From the NCBI RefSeq assembly GCF_009834535.1, contig NC_045696.1:116934001-116998000 (forward strand): a DNA stretch of 64,000 nt. The letters run 5' to 3'. Source of the stretch: Camelus ferus. Lineage: Eukaryota. This document shows positions 1-13,350 of the stretch, in pieces (positions within the stretch are counted from its first letter, which is position 1; every line of letters starts with the position of its first letter). The notes beneath the pieces are model-generated. The model made no database searches. It was not told the origin of the DNA and worked only from the letters and a program-made list of their open reading frames with translations. A program made the translations under genes and the position numbers.

Positions 1-399
1 AGGATTCGAGTGTAAGTAGTTTATTTGGCAGGTGATTCTATGAAGTAAGGAAGTGGGGAGGGAGGAAAGGTAATGGAGGGTGAGGTAGGAAGGGGTTTAC
101 AGCGATGGGCAACAGAGGATCGTGGACATGTCTGGGAAGAACACAGCTCAAAATGTTCCCACTGACCAGAGAAAAAGCTGGGGTATTGATCCACCAGTGT
201 CTATATCCCACTGGTTAGGGTCACTTCCAGGTTGTCAGTATGTTGTCACTTTGGTCTACGCACTTGGGCTGAGTACACTCTCCGGAGGTCCCTTGGGCAG
301 CACAATGCTAGAACCCACTGGCGTATAAGGAAATGGTCTGCTTGTGAACTTAAGGCTGAATCAAGGAGATACCGGAGGGGCACTGACATGTATGCTACG
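1..399 (-). mobile_element. MaLR solo LTR fragment (MLT1J/K-like)
   Basis: 'aggattcgagtgtaagtagtttatttgg' and terminal 'ggggcactgacatgtatgctac' resemble MLT1K-type LTR motifs on the minus strand (recalled consensus). Confidence 0.6.
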
Positions 400-403
400 A
401 GGG

Positions 404-510
404 TGATGCTGTTACTTACTTTATAGGTGTGTTGCAGGGATTAATGAGAAATGCATATAAGGTGCTTAGTAAAGTGTCTGGCACAAATAAGTACTCGAAA
501 CTTATTATTA
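404..510 (+). mobile_element. MIR SINE 3' part
   Basis: 'ggattaatgagaaatgcatataaggtgcttagtaaagtgtctggcacaaataagtactc' matches the MIR core/3' end. Confidence 0.7.
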
Positions 511-1920
511 AGAATATTATTCACATCTTATGACTATTGCATTAATAACTAAGAATCAGAGGACGAACAAAAATAAGATGATTGTTAAGTGCTTAGAGAT
601 AACTCCTGGAGGAGAGCCTGAGAGGCAATATTTGGGGACTGTTCCTGAGGACAGATTTTTTGAGATGAACTTAGAGGGATGTTCACAGGCAAAAAGATGC
701 ATATTGGAGATGGGGTATAAGATAAGGCATGTACAAAAGGTGTTGGCGGGCGACTATTAGGTACAGAATGAATTAGAGACCATTATTAAATCACTCATTC
801 ATTCACTCATGAAACTAAAGTTGAACACTGTCAGTATAACCAGATAATATTATAGGCTGGGATTTTAAAGATGATAAAAAAATGAATAAAAATGCAAAGA
901 ACTACAGCATAAGTTGTTAAATAAAAACAAATCATGATTCAATACAGTATGTTATTGGAAGAATTATCTGTCTGAAAATATATAAACCCATATAAACATA
1001 TATACACATATATGAAGTATTTATGTGCACCTAAAACCAAGTGGAATAAATTCCTAGTAACTGTAGATGTCTTAAGATAGGGCAACTACGGGCAAAGAAG
1101 ATAGGAACACTTATTTTTGCCATATTCCTACTATATCCTTTGAATTTTATACCATATGCTTTATGTATTGCTTATTCAAAACTAGTATGTTTAAAAGAGG
1201 TTTGCAGCAGCTTCATATCTTTATGCCATGAGAAAAAAGGAATTCCAGCTACTTCTCGGTGGCTGGCAGGAAAGCACTGAAGATCTGATCCATGGGCTTT
1301 CCCATCTCTTTTTAAACATCTGTTACATGTTTCCATAGTCTATTGTCAGCTGGCAAAACCATATCCACTCTACTCAGTTTTGCTCCAATCAGCTCCAAAG
1401 CCCAGAGCACAAATCCTATTGCTAACATCCGAATCCTGCCTGGGCTGGGCTGACCCTTCTCTGTGCCCCAGTCACCCTCTCCCTGGGCAGAGAAACCAGA
1501 GCTTAAGACCCACACTGGGAAGCCTTCAGTGGCAGATTGCTTGGAGGCCATGAGAGTGAATTAAATTTTCCAAGACTAATGGTTAATTCTCTCACACTTT
1601 GCAGAAGCATCTATTGATGGTGTACTATGTGTTGGACTTTGTTCCAGGTGCAGAGGCAAAAAAAAAAAAAAAAAAAAGATATCTTAGATGCAGTCCCTGC
1701 TCTTAAAGATCAGTTGTGAACCTACAGGAGTTCCCAGCGAGGTCCAGAGTGGGGCGCCCTTCTACTGAGGTGGCCATGGTCTTAGTCTCACCAACTCCAC
1801 TCAGCTCTGGGTCCCATTCTAACCCTAATGTCTCTTCCTCCTGCCATTCTAAGAGTTTGCTTAGAAAATATAAATGCATAGTATTGGCAAAGTATACAAA
1901 CATCCTGAAAGAGCCTTTAA

Positions 1921-2100
1921 AAAATATATATATTTTATTTATTTGTTACTGTATTATTTAATTATTTTGTTCTGGTGGGGGTGAGGGGGAGGTAATTAGG
2001 TTTATGTGTTTTTGGAGGAGGTACTGGAGAATGAACCCAGGACCTTGTGCACGCTAAGCATGCGCTCTGCCACTTGAGCTGTACCCTCCCCTCTCCCTCA
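1921..2100 (-). mobile_element. Camelid tRNA-Ala-derived SINE (vic-1-like)
   Basis: The reverse complement reads GGGGAGGGTACAGCTCAAGTGGCAGAGCGCATGCTTAGCGTGCACAAGGTCCTGGGTTCATTCTCCAGTACCTCC (A/B boxes) with an AT-rich tail. TSD aaagagc(c/t)tttaa at 1908-1920 and 2101-2113. Confidence 0.9.
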
Positions 2101-3311
2101 AAAGAGCTTTTAATGTGTTTTCAGAAGCCATTTTTCAGCCGACCACTGACATGTTTGTTGACTTTGTACTATATGCCAGGTGACACGGTTCTACCATATG
2201 GCAGGTCCCAGGGTGAGGGGGCAGGAGGTAAATAAGGTATAAGTCTCTAGCTTTAGGATATTACCGCTTAACGAAAGACATGCATGAATGTCAGTAACAT
2301 TAAGACACAGCAGATGATAAGTCCCAAATCAGTGGTACACAGATAGTAAGTACCACTGGAGCGGAGAAATCGGAGATCCTGGGCTGCAAAAAGGATTAGC
2401 TACGAATAAGGCAAAAATTTTGTAACAAAAGTCCTGGAAGGTCAGAGCAGATGCCCAGATGGAGTAGGCTCAGAGGACGAATGGAGAAAAAGGAGTTGCA
2501 AACAGAGAATAAACAACATCACATCTTGCCCTGAAGTCCAGTTTCCTAATATTTAAGTAGCTACAATAGTTCTATTAGTATTTATCTGGTATACCTTTTC
2601 TCCTCTTTGCACTTTCAACCCCCTTGTAAGGACTTGTATTTTATAGTTGTGTCTTGCACGTGGCATGTACTTAAGTTTTTAAAAAGTACAGTATGAAGAT
2701 ACATCCATCAGCCTGAGATAAATATATTGACTTTTATTATGATTAATATATTATACTGTTTTGTTTTTGTTTTTTTACCAACTCAGTGTATGCTTTCTCT
2801 TCCCTGTTTTGTCACTTTGCCTTCTCCGTTTTCAGAAAGTAGGAAACATAACATACCTTAAAAAAGATTTAATAGCAGTATGTAAAAACAACACTAAACA
2901 CCAGTGGAGCACTTATCTAGTGAAAACCCCCATGTACACGATACTGATTGTATTTCCCTCTTTCCTCAAAGAAAAAGCCCATAACTTGAATTCTTTAATA
3001 ATTACCCCGAATTTATAGTCTTCACCGCTTATACATGTATCTTCATGCAACATGCTGCCTGTCTTTTTTCCTGATTCTTATAGCACAGATTATAGCATTT
3101 CATTCTACATATTTTTCAGTGACTTGCTTCTTTTATTAATTTCCTTAGCATCTTTATAATTGTTTATGGACATAAGAAAAGAGCCATCTCTCAGAGCTAC
3201 AATAAGTTTCTAACAAAAGCCGCTGAAGGATTCCCCAAATTGCCCTAACTGTGTGTTTCCAAGAAGGATTATCCTGTGTTTGGGGTAGTTAATTCTTCCT
3301 GCAAATACTCT

Positions 3312-3345
<34 letters not shown>

Positions 3346-5876
3346 AGCAAAAAAAAAGTTATGTGTTTGGCCTTTTCTGTTTATACTTAGCACTTGTCCT
3401 TGATATGTAAATCGCATTTCAATTCCAAAGAGAATTGAGTGGCTGTCAGAGCCCCCGCAAAACTTAGTGTACTAGAGACAGGAATAGCCCTTCTGTTTGG
3501 GGAAGAGTAGCTCCTCCTATCCAGCTATCTCCTCAGAAACAGATGCTTTTTTTGAACACCAGTCCTGGAATCCCCAAAGAAGAAACCTGACATTTACCTT
3601 AGGAGGATGTAAAACAAAGCCACTGCCATAGTGATTACACACCCACCATGGGTATATCCCTATTGATGCATATGCTAAGGGTATTTAACCTTCTAAAGAA
3701 TCAATTATGCATACGTGATATGCATCGAAATGCCACACAGCTTTTCCCTACTTGTTTCTAGGTCATCCTTTTGTGTAAATTCAGTTTCGAAGTGCCAGTA
3801 AACCGTAGGATCTAAATGTGTTTACATTTTAGATGGTTGATTGTTTCTCTCGATACTTCCTGGATCCTCAGAGGGGGATCTCAGGGCTGGTAGAGACCCG
3901 GGTCATTTGCTCCAACTCCCCACTGGGAAGTACACTTTCCCATTCAAACGGAGAAGTACTATTCATTGTTGACTTCCATGTACACAGGGAATGGAGGTTG
4001 AAAAAGGAAAGATATAGAAAGAAAAGAAAAAAGGAAAAAAAAAAGAGAAGACAAACATTGATTCACTACTAACTCCTTTCATCCTTATACTTGGCCCATC
4101 TTTCAGATGAGAAGACTGAGACCTGGAGAAGTTGAGTTTCCAGTCCAAGATCCAACGCTAGGGATTAAACCCCATCTATGCAATAGACAACATTTGCTAC
4201 ATCGTGCATTCTTTCAGGAAAGAAGTGACTTGTTCTCTACTTCCAGCACAAATGGGTTAATTCCAGAAAAATATTTTTACTCCTTCAGTCTACAAAAAGC
4301 TCAAAGTCACAGATTTTTTCCTGTAGAGATCATTTATTAAAAGTTCATTGATGACATCTCTTAAAACAGTCTGGGTCTCTCAGCGACTTCTATGTCACTT
4401 CCTCATTTCCTCCAGAAAGTCAGTACTTCAAAAATACAAGAATAACTTTCTGGGCTCCAAAATATTTCACACAGGTCCATTCCAGAGTCCCGCAGGAGGC
4501 AAAGCAATGGAGTTGCTATCGGTTTCTGACTTCCTCATGCCCTTTTAATGTAAATCACAGTACTTCTAAAATATCCCCACTGAAATATCTTTCTACTGGC
4601 TGAGGCCAATAAATGTGTATTCCAAGAAGCCTGAAGGCATAGATCTAAGCTCGCTATTGTTTTTAAATCTCATGGTTAACTTAAAAATCCATCAGAATTT
4701 TGCCTTCTACTGAGCTGGCTGCGTACTTATGCTCCTTTGGGTGTTTTTATTTTGTTTTAATATGGACCTGTCAAGTTTTTAATTCAGTTGAAATTTCAGG
4801 AAGATAGACTGTTTGTGTTCTATGACCCCGTGCACACCATTTAGTACACCTCTACATCGCCTAGGTTAGAGAACAGGCCTGGAGGTAGAACAATGCACGC
4901 TTAAGAGGACTGGGGCAGATGCAGTCACTCCTCCCCACCACACCCAGTACCTAAAGACAGCCATCTCAGCACCCAGTCTAAGAACTCCCCGTGGGGCAGA
5001 CCCCAGGAGCCAGTCACCAATGGAAACACTGACGGATACTAACTTGGCATCAAAGAGAAGCCTGTTTCCCTCTGGCTCTTTCCGCCAAAAAACACAGACA
5101 TTGAGACTTGGATGGTCCAAATCTTTACTTCTGACAAGTGCCTCTGACCTCGGTTCTCCTACCAAATCCTGTGTTGTGCAAGCAAGCCCTCAAAGGAACA
5201 AACTCTGCTGAAAACACAGATAGGCACATTTGAATCTTGCAGCCTTCATTTCCTTGCAGAGGGGAAGAAACAAACATGAAATTTTCATTTTCTTTTAATG
5301 AGTTGCCCCCAAGCTTTCTGAAGTGAATTTACATACAGGCCCAGCAAAGACAACATCTGTAACACCCCTCGTGCTGTCAGTCACAGCCCCTTTAGAGACT
5401 GCTTTACCCAGGCACACAGAGTATGAATATCTAAGACTTTTAAATATTTAAATGATCTTTGCACTTTATATTGATTTCAGGGAGCTTAACTGTATCATTT
5501 CCAAGCACGGTGGCATCTTTATTTGATTAATGGTACTGGCCGCAAGCTAAAGTTCTCAGTCTGCCCTCTGCCAAAATTTAGAAGGCTGCTTGGAATTGAG
5601 GACGTTTCTAACCTCATTTTAAGATGCAGATGGAAAATTTGCAAAGAGGGATTCTCACCGTCAGTACAATTTACATATCATCTAGTAGCGCACTTCAAAT
5701 GGTCATATTGCTGGCTTTCGTCATTCATTTATGGTTTGATTTTTAAAATACTGTATAAATGATCACTTCAGACAAAGATTAGAAGAGAACTCTGTAACAA
5801 AGCAAAAGTCCAAGCTGGAAGCCTAGTGCTAAAGTCGTAGTAGACAGCAGGAAATAGTATGAGACTATCTTGCTCT

Positions 5877-6496
5877 TCACTATATACAACAGCCAAGACA
5901 TGGAAACAACCTAAATGTCCATTGACAGATGACTGGATAAAGAAGCTGTGGTATATTTACACAATGGAATGTTACTCAGCCATAAAAAAGAATAAAATAA
6001 TGCCATTTGCAGCAACATGGATGGACCTGGAGATCGTCATTCTAAATGAAGTAAGCCAGAAAGAGAAGGAAAAATAACATATATCATTTATATATGCAAT
6101 CTAAAAAAAAAAAAAAAAAAAGACTAACTTATTTACAAAACAGAAACAAACTCATAGGCATAGAGAACAAACTTATGGTTACCAAGGGGGGAAACAGGGT
6201 GAGAGGTGATAAATTGGGAGTTTGAGATTTGCAAATACTGACAGGCATATGTAAAATAGATAAACAAGTTTATACTGTAGAGCACAGGGAACTATACTCA
6301 ATATCTTGTAGTAGCTTACGGTGGAAAAGAATATGAAAACTTATATATGTATATTCATATATGACTGAAGAATTGTGCTGTACGCCAGAAATTGACACAA
6401 CATTGTAAATTGACTGTATTTCAATTAAATAAATAAATAAATAAATAAAATCCATCAACCCTCAGAATATTCGAAAATTAAAAAGAGAAAAAAGAA
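5877..6496 (+). mobile_element. 5'-truncated camelid L1 (ORF2 C-terminus + 3'UTR)
   Basis: ORF 5859-6077 encodes the L1 ORF2 end ([33 protein letters not shown]). (TAAA)n tail; TSD tatcttgctct at 5866-5876 and 6497-6507. Confidence 0.9.
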
Positions 6497-6569
6497 TATC
6501 TTGCTCTCAAGTCCAGTATCAAGTAAACACAGAGACACATTGAAACAGATGGGCTTTACCACCTCGCCA

Positions 6570-6690
6570 CTGAGGCTAGCAACATCCTCCTCACCGGGAG
6601 CTTCTTAGAAATAGACAGTCTTAAACCTCAGCGCAGACCCCTGAATGAGAATCTTTATTTTAATAAGATTTACATGCACATTTGATAAGC
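6570..6690. mobile_element. hAT-Charlie MITE remnant (MER5-like)
   Basis: 'gggagcttcttagaaatagacagtctt...cagacccctgaatgagaatctttattttaataagat' resembles MER5. Confidence 0.5.
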
Positions 6691-7068
6691 TCCTTTAGAA
6701 CATCACTGGAAAGATCTGGAAGAACCTAGCCACAGGAAATGACCAAGGGAGGGCATCTGTGTGGCTGAGGACAAAAAAGGAAAGGAGACTGATTTTCATT
6801 ATAAGCCCTTTTTAACATTTGAATTGTGTACCAAATGCATGTAATTATCTATTCAAAAACATCTTAGAAGGTATTTAACCATTCACTTGAATGGCTAAAT
6901 AAAAATAACTTGGTATGCTGTACACCAGAAACTTACACAACATTATAAATCAACTATACTTCAATTTAAAAAATTTTAAAAATGGATAGTAATCTTGATG
7001 AAGTAAAAAGAACCCAGATGAATAAATGTTTAAAATTCCAATCAACAAAGATAAAAGCTCATTAAGAC

Positions 7069-7318
7069 GGTGGAGGAGGGGATAAATTAGAGGAGTTTGG
7101 GATTAATAGATAGAAACTGCTATATATAAAATAGATAAACAGCAAGGACCTACTGTAGAGCACAGGGAACTATATTCAATATCTTGTAGTAACCTATAAT
7201 GGAAAAGAATCTGAAAAAGAATAAAAAAAAATACATATAACTGAATCACTTTTCTGTACATCTGAAACTAACACAACATTGTAAATCAACTATACTTCAG
7301 TAAAAAATGTAAATTAAA
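7069..7318 (+). mobile_element. L1 3'UTR end (cetartiodactyl type)
   Basis: Typical L1 3'UTR ('cacagggaactatattcaatatcttgtagtaacctataatgg'). Perfect 16-bp TSD aaaagctcattaagac at 7053-7068 and 7319-7334. Confidence 0.9.
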
Positions 7319-7754
7319 AAAAGCTCATTAAGACAAATTTAAAGCAAGTTTAGTATACTCTTCATTATAATTTGGTATTAGCAAATTTTGCAAATTCCAT
7401 TTTTCAGCTGTGTGCACGTCAACAGTGAGTTGTACTATTTCCTTTCAGGTGTTATTATCTCTTAGAATTCAGTAAATGAGTTTAATTTCTAAACAGAATG
7501 ATTTTTCATTAAGACAGGAGGATAGGATTAATCAAAAATTAAACAAATGGGAGAGAAACCAGAAAATCTCAAAGGCAATAATAATAAAATATGTTCGATA
7601 TTTTTAACCCACAATTGATTCTCTACAAATATGTTTGAAATAATATGAAACTGTGCCCCAGTCTTCTTTGGCTCTTGGCATATAAGATTAAGTCTCTTAG
7701 GCAAAAATGGTCTTTCACACAGTCTGTTTACTTTCTTAAAAATTAGTAGTATTA

Positions 7755-7900
7755 TCTGTACTCTGCCATGGGATGTGTGCTCCCAGGGACAGGGGCGGGG
7801 GGCTTGGTTTGTTGTGTTCATTAACGGAATCACAACTTCTGGAACAGTGCTTGGCACGTAGTAGGTGCTCAACAGATATGTATTAAGCAAATAAATGAAA
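7755..7900 (+). mobile_element. L2 3' end
   Basis: 'gaacagtgcttggcacgtagtaggtgctcaacagatatgtattaagcaaataaatgaa' is an L2 terminus. Confidence 0.7.
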
Positions 7901-10559
7901 TACACTTGTAACCTACTCATCTCCATTAAAGCACACCAGATGAGGGCATTTTAAAAAGCTGAATCTATTGTTTAATTGTTTAACAGGAAATCACTGAGAA
8001 CTAGCACCTTTGCTTTAAAAATAAAATCAGAACCACTCTGAACAGTCCATGTCATGCTCATAGTTTTCATCCTGACATGTTCCTTTTAGTACAGTCTTTG
8101 GTAAGCAGAAACACAAACTTTTGTTTTATATTAGGAAGCCAATTAGGCGAAAACAGAAAGCTAAATAATGCTAAACAAAGCCCTTTCTCCAAAATATGCG
8201 ATGAGGATATTACGAGGCTCTTTCACTCAGTAGAGAAGACTACCGTGTGCACATGCGTTCAGCATTTTGGAATCATTAGGGACTCTTTTGGGGTCATTAA
8301 GGGGCTACTGTGAAATTTTCCAACCCAGGATGCTGCATTTTAGCCGCTACCCAAGTGAAGGCAGGCTCCCCTGTTCTGAACAGTACCTAGAGACAAGAAC
8401 TCGGTATGATGTAAACACTTCTGCATTTGTATATCCATTCTCCCCACATTTTCATTTTTATGATTTCTGTCCCTTCCAACCTCTCCTTCTTCAAATCAAA
8501 TATGAACCGTAGGTGAGCTTCCTGCGAGGGTCAAGTTTTTTTTCTTGCTTTTGCAAAGAACAGGGGAGGAGAGAGCACAATGTTTGCTATACTTTCTCCC
8601 TTTTCAAATATACACAATCGGATGATATAAAAATCCCAGCTCCCTTGACTCAGAAGAACTGTAAGGGGGAGAGAGAGAGGTGGAAACTGACAAGGAAGGG
8701 GTGAGCTCCTTGGTAATCGTGGGGCCTGGATTTCCTAGCACAATTCTCTTTTTTCGGGGGCCAGGGGAGGGGGAAGCACCATTCTTCTTTAGTGTAATTT
8801 TATTCTCTTAAAAAAATGACCAAATATGTAGCTAACTGTGGTTTAAATTTTACACCTCAGTAAAACTTTTCTTAGGGGTTTATTTAAAGACAAAGTAAGA
8901 CCATAAGACAGTATTTTTGTTCTAAAAGACATAGTTATTTCTTTTGGCATTGTACTGAGCCTCTGAAAGGCAGATTAAATGGAACCTCGCAAATGAAACC
9001 AGCCGTATTCTATGAATACCCAGATTCCCAGAATATTTCATTTAACTTCTCCCCCGATTCTCCTCCAGCACAACCTAGAGTTCGCTTGCAATTATGTTTA
9101 ATTCAGAGACTATTTCCTTTTAATTTCACACCAAGTAGAACAGGCTCTTAACTTCAAACATATATGAAGATTTGAACAACAACAACAACAACAAAAGGCG
9201 GGGGGATTAATTTAGCAGAGACAAATTAGTGTGCCCAGCGCCCTAGAGAGGGCTGACTTTCCCCTCTCTGGTCAAGCTCTGTTTGTATTCTGTGGAAGCT
9301 AATGCCATTCAAATGTTTCTCATGATTTGGGTAGCGTTTTCCAGAACCTCATCTGTCCCCTGCACAGTGTGCTCTGCTTCACAGTCCTCACGTTAGATTA
9401 AACAGGAAAGATGAGTGCTTTTACAAGAAAGAATTGTGAGTTCGGTAGCAGGAAACACAAGAGCAAACTAATTTGATGGTTATAGATAGTCCACAGCTGT
9501 AATCTTTGTGTTTGTACTGTCGTGTCTCTGGAATAATGCAGAGAGCGTGCAAAACTTTAATTAAGGTGATACCTGCAGGTCTCTGGGAATTTGTGCTAGA
9601 GATGGAGACCAGGGGAAAAGAAGGAGGTAATAATGGAGAAACAAGCCAACACAGGCGAGTGCTGAGTCCGCATTAGGAATCTGAGATGCCTAGGAAGGAG
9701 GCAGCCAAATAAATGAGACAGAAATAAAGAAGGTGATAGGTGTCTTTATTAAGCAGCTATGACATGCCAGGGGCGGAGGGCAGCATTTAGCATTCCAGCT
9801 CTCACAAGAGCATCTGATGCTGTGATTGTAGATGAAGGGGCTTTGGCTCAGAACGGCTGAATAACCTAACGATGTAAGTTGAAATATCCTCAGAGCCACC
9901 GTATTCCTGATCTCAGTGGATGACAAGAAGGGAAGGAGAGCTGGGATCTGCACAGGGACATCACCAAGCCCACTGTTCCCCAGAGTGCAGCCCCCATCCA
10001 CCTCGTCCACTGCAATCTCCCAGGTTGCTTATTAAGGCTGCAGTGTCTCAGGGCTCACCCCAGGTTGATGAAAATTACAATCTCAGGGATGGGAACCCTT
10101 GGACCTTCATTTCAATCAAAATCACTAGATGATATACTTCCCCTCCCCCAGACTGAGACCTTCTGCCCCAACGGAAGGAGGTTTAGATTATATACCTCAG
10201 CCCCATGTTGGCAAGGGGGTAGATGAGTATATATTCAATCTGTAAGGTTTGGGAGAATTCTGTTCTAAATACTAACTCCTTTGATTTTTATGATTTCCTA
10301 CCATCCTAAAGAGACTTTTCATAATAAGCTCAGAAGCTCAAAGTTTGGGGACGATTACACAGGTCAGTATCTAACCTGATGCCCCATCCATAATCCTTCA
10401 GGCCCTCCTTGCCATATTCCATCTTGTGGTTGCATAAATACATAGTTGTGGGGACCTCATTCTTTCACCAACCAGCGAGACCAGAGCTGGGACTGTGAAG
10501 CCACTAAACCATCTCACATGCGGGCTTAACTGCTGCCCTTGGTCTTATTACCTGGGACA

Positions 10560-10960
10560 ATCTTTGCAAAGAAACCCATGTCTATCACTCTCCTGTTTTA
10601 AATTCTTTAAAGGCTTTCCAGTGCAACTGGAATGAAACTCAAACGCCTCTACCATGGCCTGTGGTACCTTGACTAAGATTTCACTTTCTCCCTTCCTGGC
10701 ACCTGATACTTAAGAATGGCTTCTTCCCGGGTCTTTTCATCCCCAAGGTTTTGTCTGTGCAGTTTCTTCTCCCTGGATTTCATCTTTCAGGTCTCAGACC
10801 AAATGTCCACTTTCCAGAGGGTCCTTCCCTGATTGTGTTATCTAAGTAAGTTACCCCCCACCCCGTGTTTTTCTCTCATGATAGCCTCTTTTTTCCCCTT
10901 AAGACTGAGTATTGCAATTTGTAATGACATTTCAACATGTTAATTTATGATCTGTTAACC
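10560..10960 (+). mobile_element. L2 fragment
   Basis: 'tcactctcctgttttaaattctttaaaggctttcca...tcaggtctcagaccaaatgtccactttccagagggtccttccctgat' resembles the L2 3' region. Confidence 0.55.
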
Positions 10961-11329
10961 ACTCACACCCAAGCCCCCTATACACGGAACTGTCAACAAA
11001 TGCTGAATTCTATCAGCAAATGGTCTGTCACTGTATACCACATCATCAAGCACACTATGTGGGGGGGTGTTTTTTTCTAACTAAATATTATCTCTCACAC
11101 ACACACACACACACTTTCCCATTTTCCTGAGTGAATGCAGTCAGTATGTCTCAGTTATGTTGACGGAGCACCACGGTAGCCACTAACCTGCAATCTAGAG
11201 AAAGCTCATTTCATTTGATGATTAGATTTTAGGTTGAACACCTTTTAGACTTAAGTCATGAGTAGGTATAAATATGAAATAAGACATATCTGGTGAACAT
11301 TTTATAATTGGGATGAACACTGGTCTACA

Positions 11330-11910
11330 TAGCAGATCGCTTAGAATTGGGTTCTGGCTCTCTGAATGATAAGCTGTGTGATCGTGCCCAAGCCACCTGC
11401 CTTCTCCGGGTCTTACTCATCTTACATGGAAAGTGAGGGAGTTGATTACATGATTTCCAAGGTCCTTTCCAGCTCACACACACGGTAATTCAGGGAGTTA
11501 TTAAAAAGTGACTAGAACTTAATGACTGCAATGAATGATGTAAAGGCACTGCATACAATTTTAAGCTTATGAATAAAAGAGAGGAAGGGAGGAGGGAAGG
11601 AAGGAAGAAGAGAAAAAGGACAAAAGATAGAAGGAAAAAGAGCTTGAATATTAGAGGCAGAAGGAGCATCTTCAAACAACATGGAATGTCTCAAACTCTA
11701 AAATACTTCTGCAGATTCGGGACAGGGTTGGCATGAGAGATGGCAGCACACGCTTCGAACCACAGCCAGATTCTGTCTCTTTTTACCTGGGGAAGAGGGC
11801 AAGCTGGCTAACTTCTCTGAACTGTGGTGTGTTCCTCTTGTAAGACAGGAGGTGATTATTCCTTCACATAAAACACCTAATGCAATGCTTAGAATTTAAA
11901 GATGCTGCTT
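11330..11910 (+). mobile_element. Cluster of MIR fragments around a purine-rich low-complexity tract
   Basis: MIR-like 'ttctggctctctgaatgataagctgtgtgatcgtgcccaagccacctgccttctccgggtc' and 'gggcaagctggctaacttctctgaactgtgg'. Confidence 0.5.
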
Positions 11911-12139
11911 GATAAATTATAACTTTAATATTTCCACAGTTATCATTTCTAGTATTTCTCTCTCTGGGACTCAACACTCAGATCAGTTAAAAACTGTAGA
12001 AAGGTTTTTTATTCAGGAAACTAATTTGTATTGTATTCTAATTATACAGGTAGATTCATCACTCATTCCGCAAATGGAAGGAAGGAAGGGAGTGAGGAAG
12101 GAAGAAAGGAAGGAAGGAAAGAAAGAGATGTGATTCAGA

Positions 12140-13350
12140 TAGTGACAAATGCTCAAAGAATAAATTGTAATTTAAATTAGCATAATCGGGAAAATCTTCT
12201 GTGATAAAGTTAACATTTGAGGAAAGACCCAAGGGAAATGAGGAACGATCCATGCAGATACGCATAGAAAGTACTGGTGACCCCTGAACAACATGGGTTT
12301 GGATGTGCAGGTCCACTTATACGTGGATTATTTTTCAGTAAATAGGTACTATGGTACTGCGTGATCTGAGGTTGGCTGAATCCAGAGATGCGGAACCTGC
12401 AGGTACAGAGGACCTACTTAAAAGTTATATGAGGTTTTTCTACTGCCGGAGAGTTGGTACCTCTAACCCCTCTGTTGCTCACGGGTGAACTGCATCTCCA
12501 GGCAGAGGCAAGAACAAGCTCAAAGGCGCTGAGGTGGGAGCCTGCTGGGTGTGCTTGTGGAAGAGCAGGGACAGCCAGTGGGGCTGGAACACAGTGAACA
12601 AAGGGAACTTTGGTGGAGATGAGGTCACAGAGGTGGTGTGGGGGAACCTTCCAGATCATTCAAGGATGGTAAGGACTCGAGGTTTTACTCTGAGAGCAAT
12701 GAGATGATCCTGGGGGGTTTCAAGTCTGCAATGAAAGGTCCACACTGGCTGTTTTGTTTAGAATAGCAGGTAGGAGCCATCCTGGTTAGACAAGTTAGAG
12801 GCTATCCTAATAGTCCATTTAAAAAGGAGATGATCTGGACCAGGATGGTAGCAATGGAGGTGATGGGAAATGGTCAGATGTGAGGCATCATCATCAGAAG
12901 GAGAGGCTGAAGGGGTTTGCCAGTGGATTTGATCACAGCAAGAGAGGAAAAACGAATCAAAGAATGATGCCAATGACTGTGTTAGACTAGAAGGGGAGAG
13001 GTGCATTTTATGAGATAAAAAAAAAAAAACAACTCTGCAGATTTGAGGTGTTTCAAGAGATTGGTATTTATACAATGTTTCAGAGGCTTATTAAGCATCC
13101 AAGAAGAGAAGTCAAGTAGGTAGTTGAATAAATGAGTCTGAAGGTTAAATACAACATCTATGCTGAAGATGAAAATGAGGACTTAACGGAATTAGATCAT
13201 TGAGGGAGTGAGTTTAACCAGAGCAAAGATGAAGTCTAAGGGCTGAGTCCAGGAGACTTTAGAGGCTGGAAAAATCAGGTAGAAGACATCAGATGAGAGT
13301 GGCCAGTAAGTTAGGAGGAGCACCAAGGAGGTCATGAAACCAGACAAAAC
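12140..13350 (-). mobile_element. L2 LINE, interrupted by a Tigger MITE
   Basis: L2-like motifs such as 'gaggcaagaacaagctcaaaggcgctgaggtgggagcctgctgggtgtgcttg' and 'gatggtagcaatggaggtgatgggaaatggtcagat'. Confidence 0.65.
12274..12492. mobile_element. TcMar-Tigger (Tigger2/MER8-like) MITE
   Basis: Degenerate TIRs ctggtgacccctgaacaaca ... tgttgctcacgggtgaactg. TA before and CA (decayed TA) after. Confidence 0.8.

Noticed and set aside
2015..2091. tRNA-Ala-like sequences (also ~34125-34199 and ~54012-54085)
   Set aside because: They have AT-rich tails, TSDs and diverged stems, so they are SINE heads, not tRNA genes.
3314..3358. Long poly(A) as the tail of a processed pseudogene
   Set aside because: No upstream ORF, poly(A) signal or adjacent TSD; probably a mononucleotide expansion (likewise 1658-1677 within an L2 remnant).
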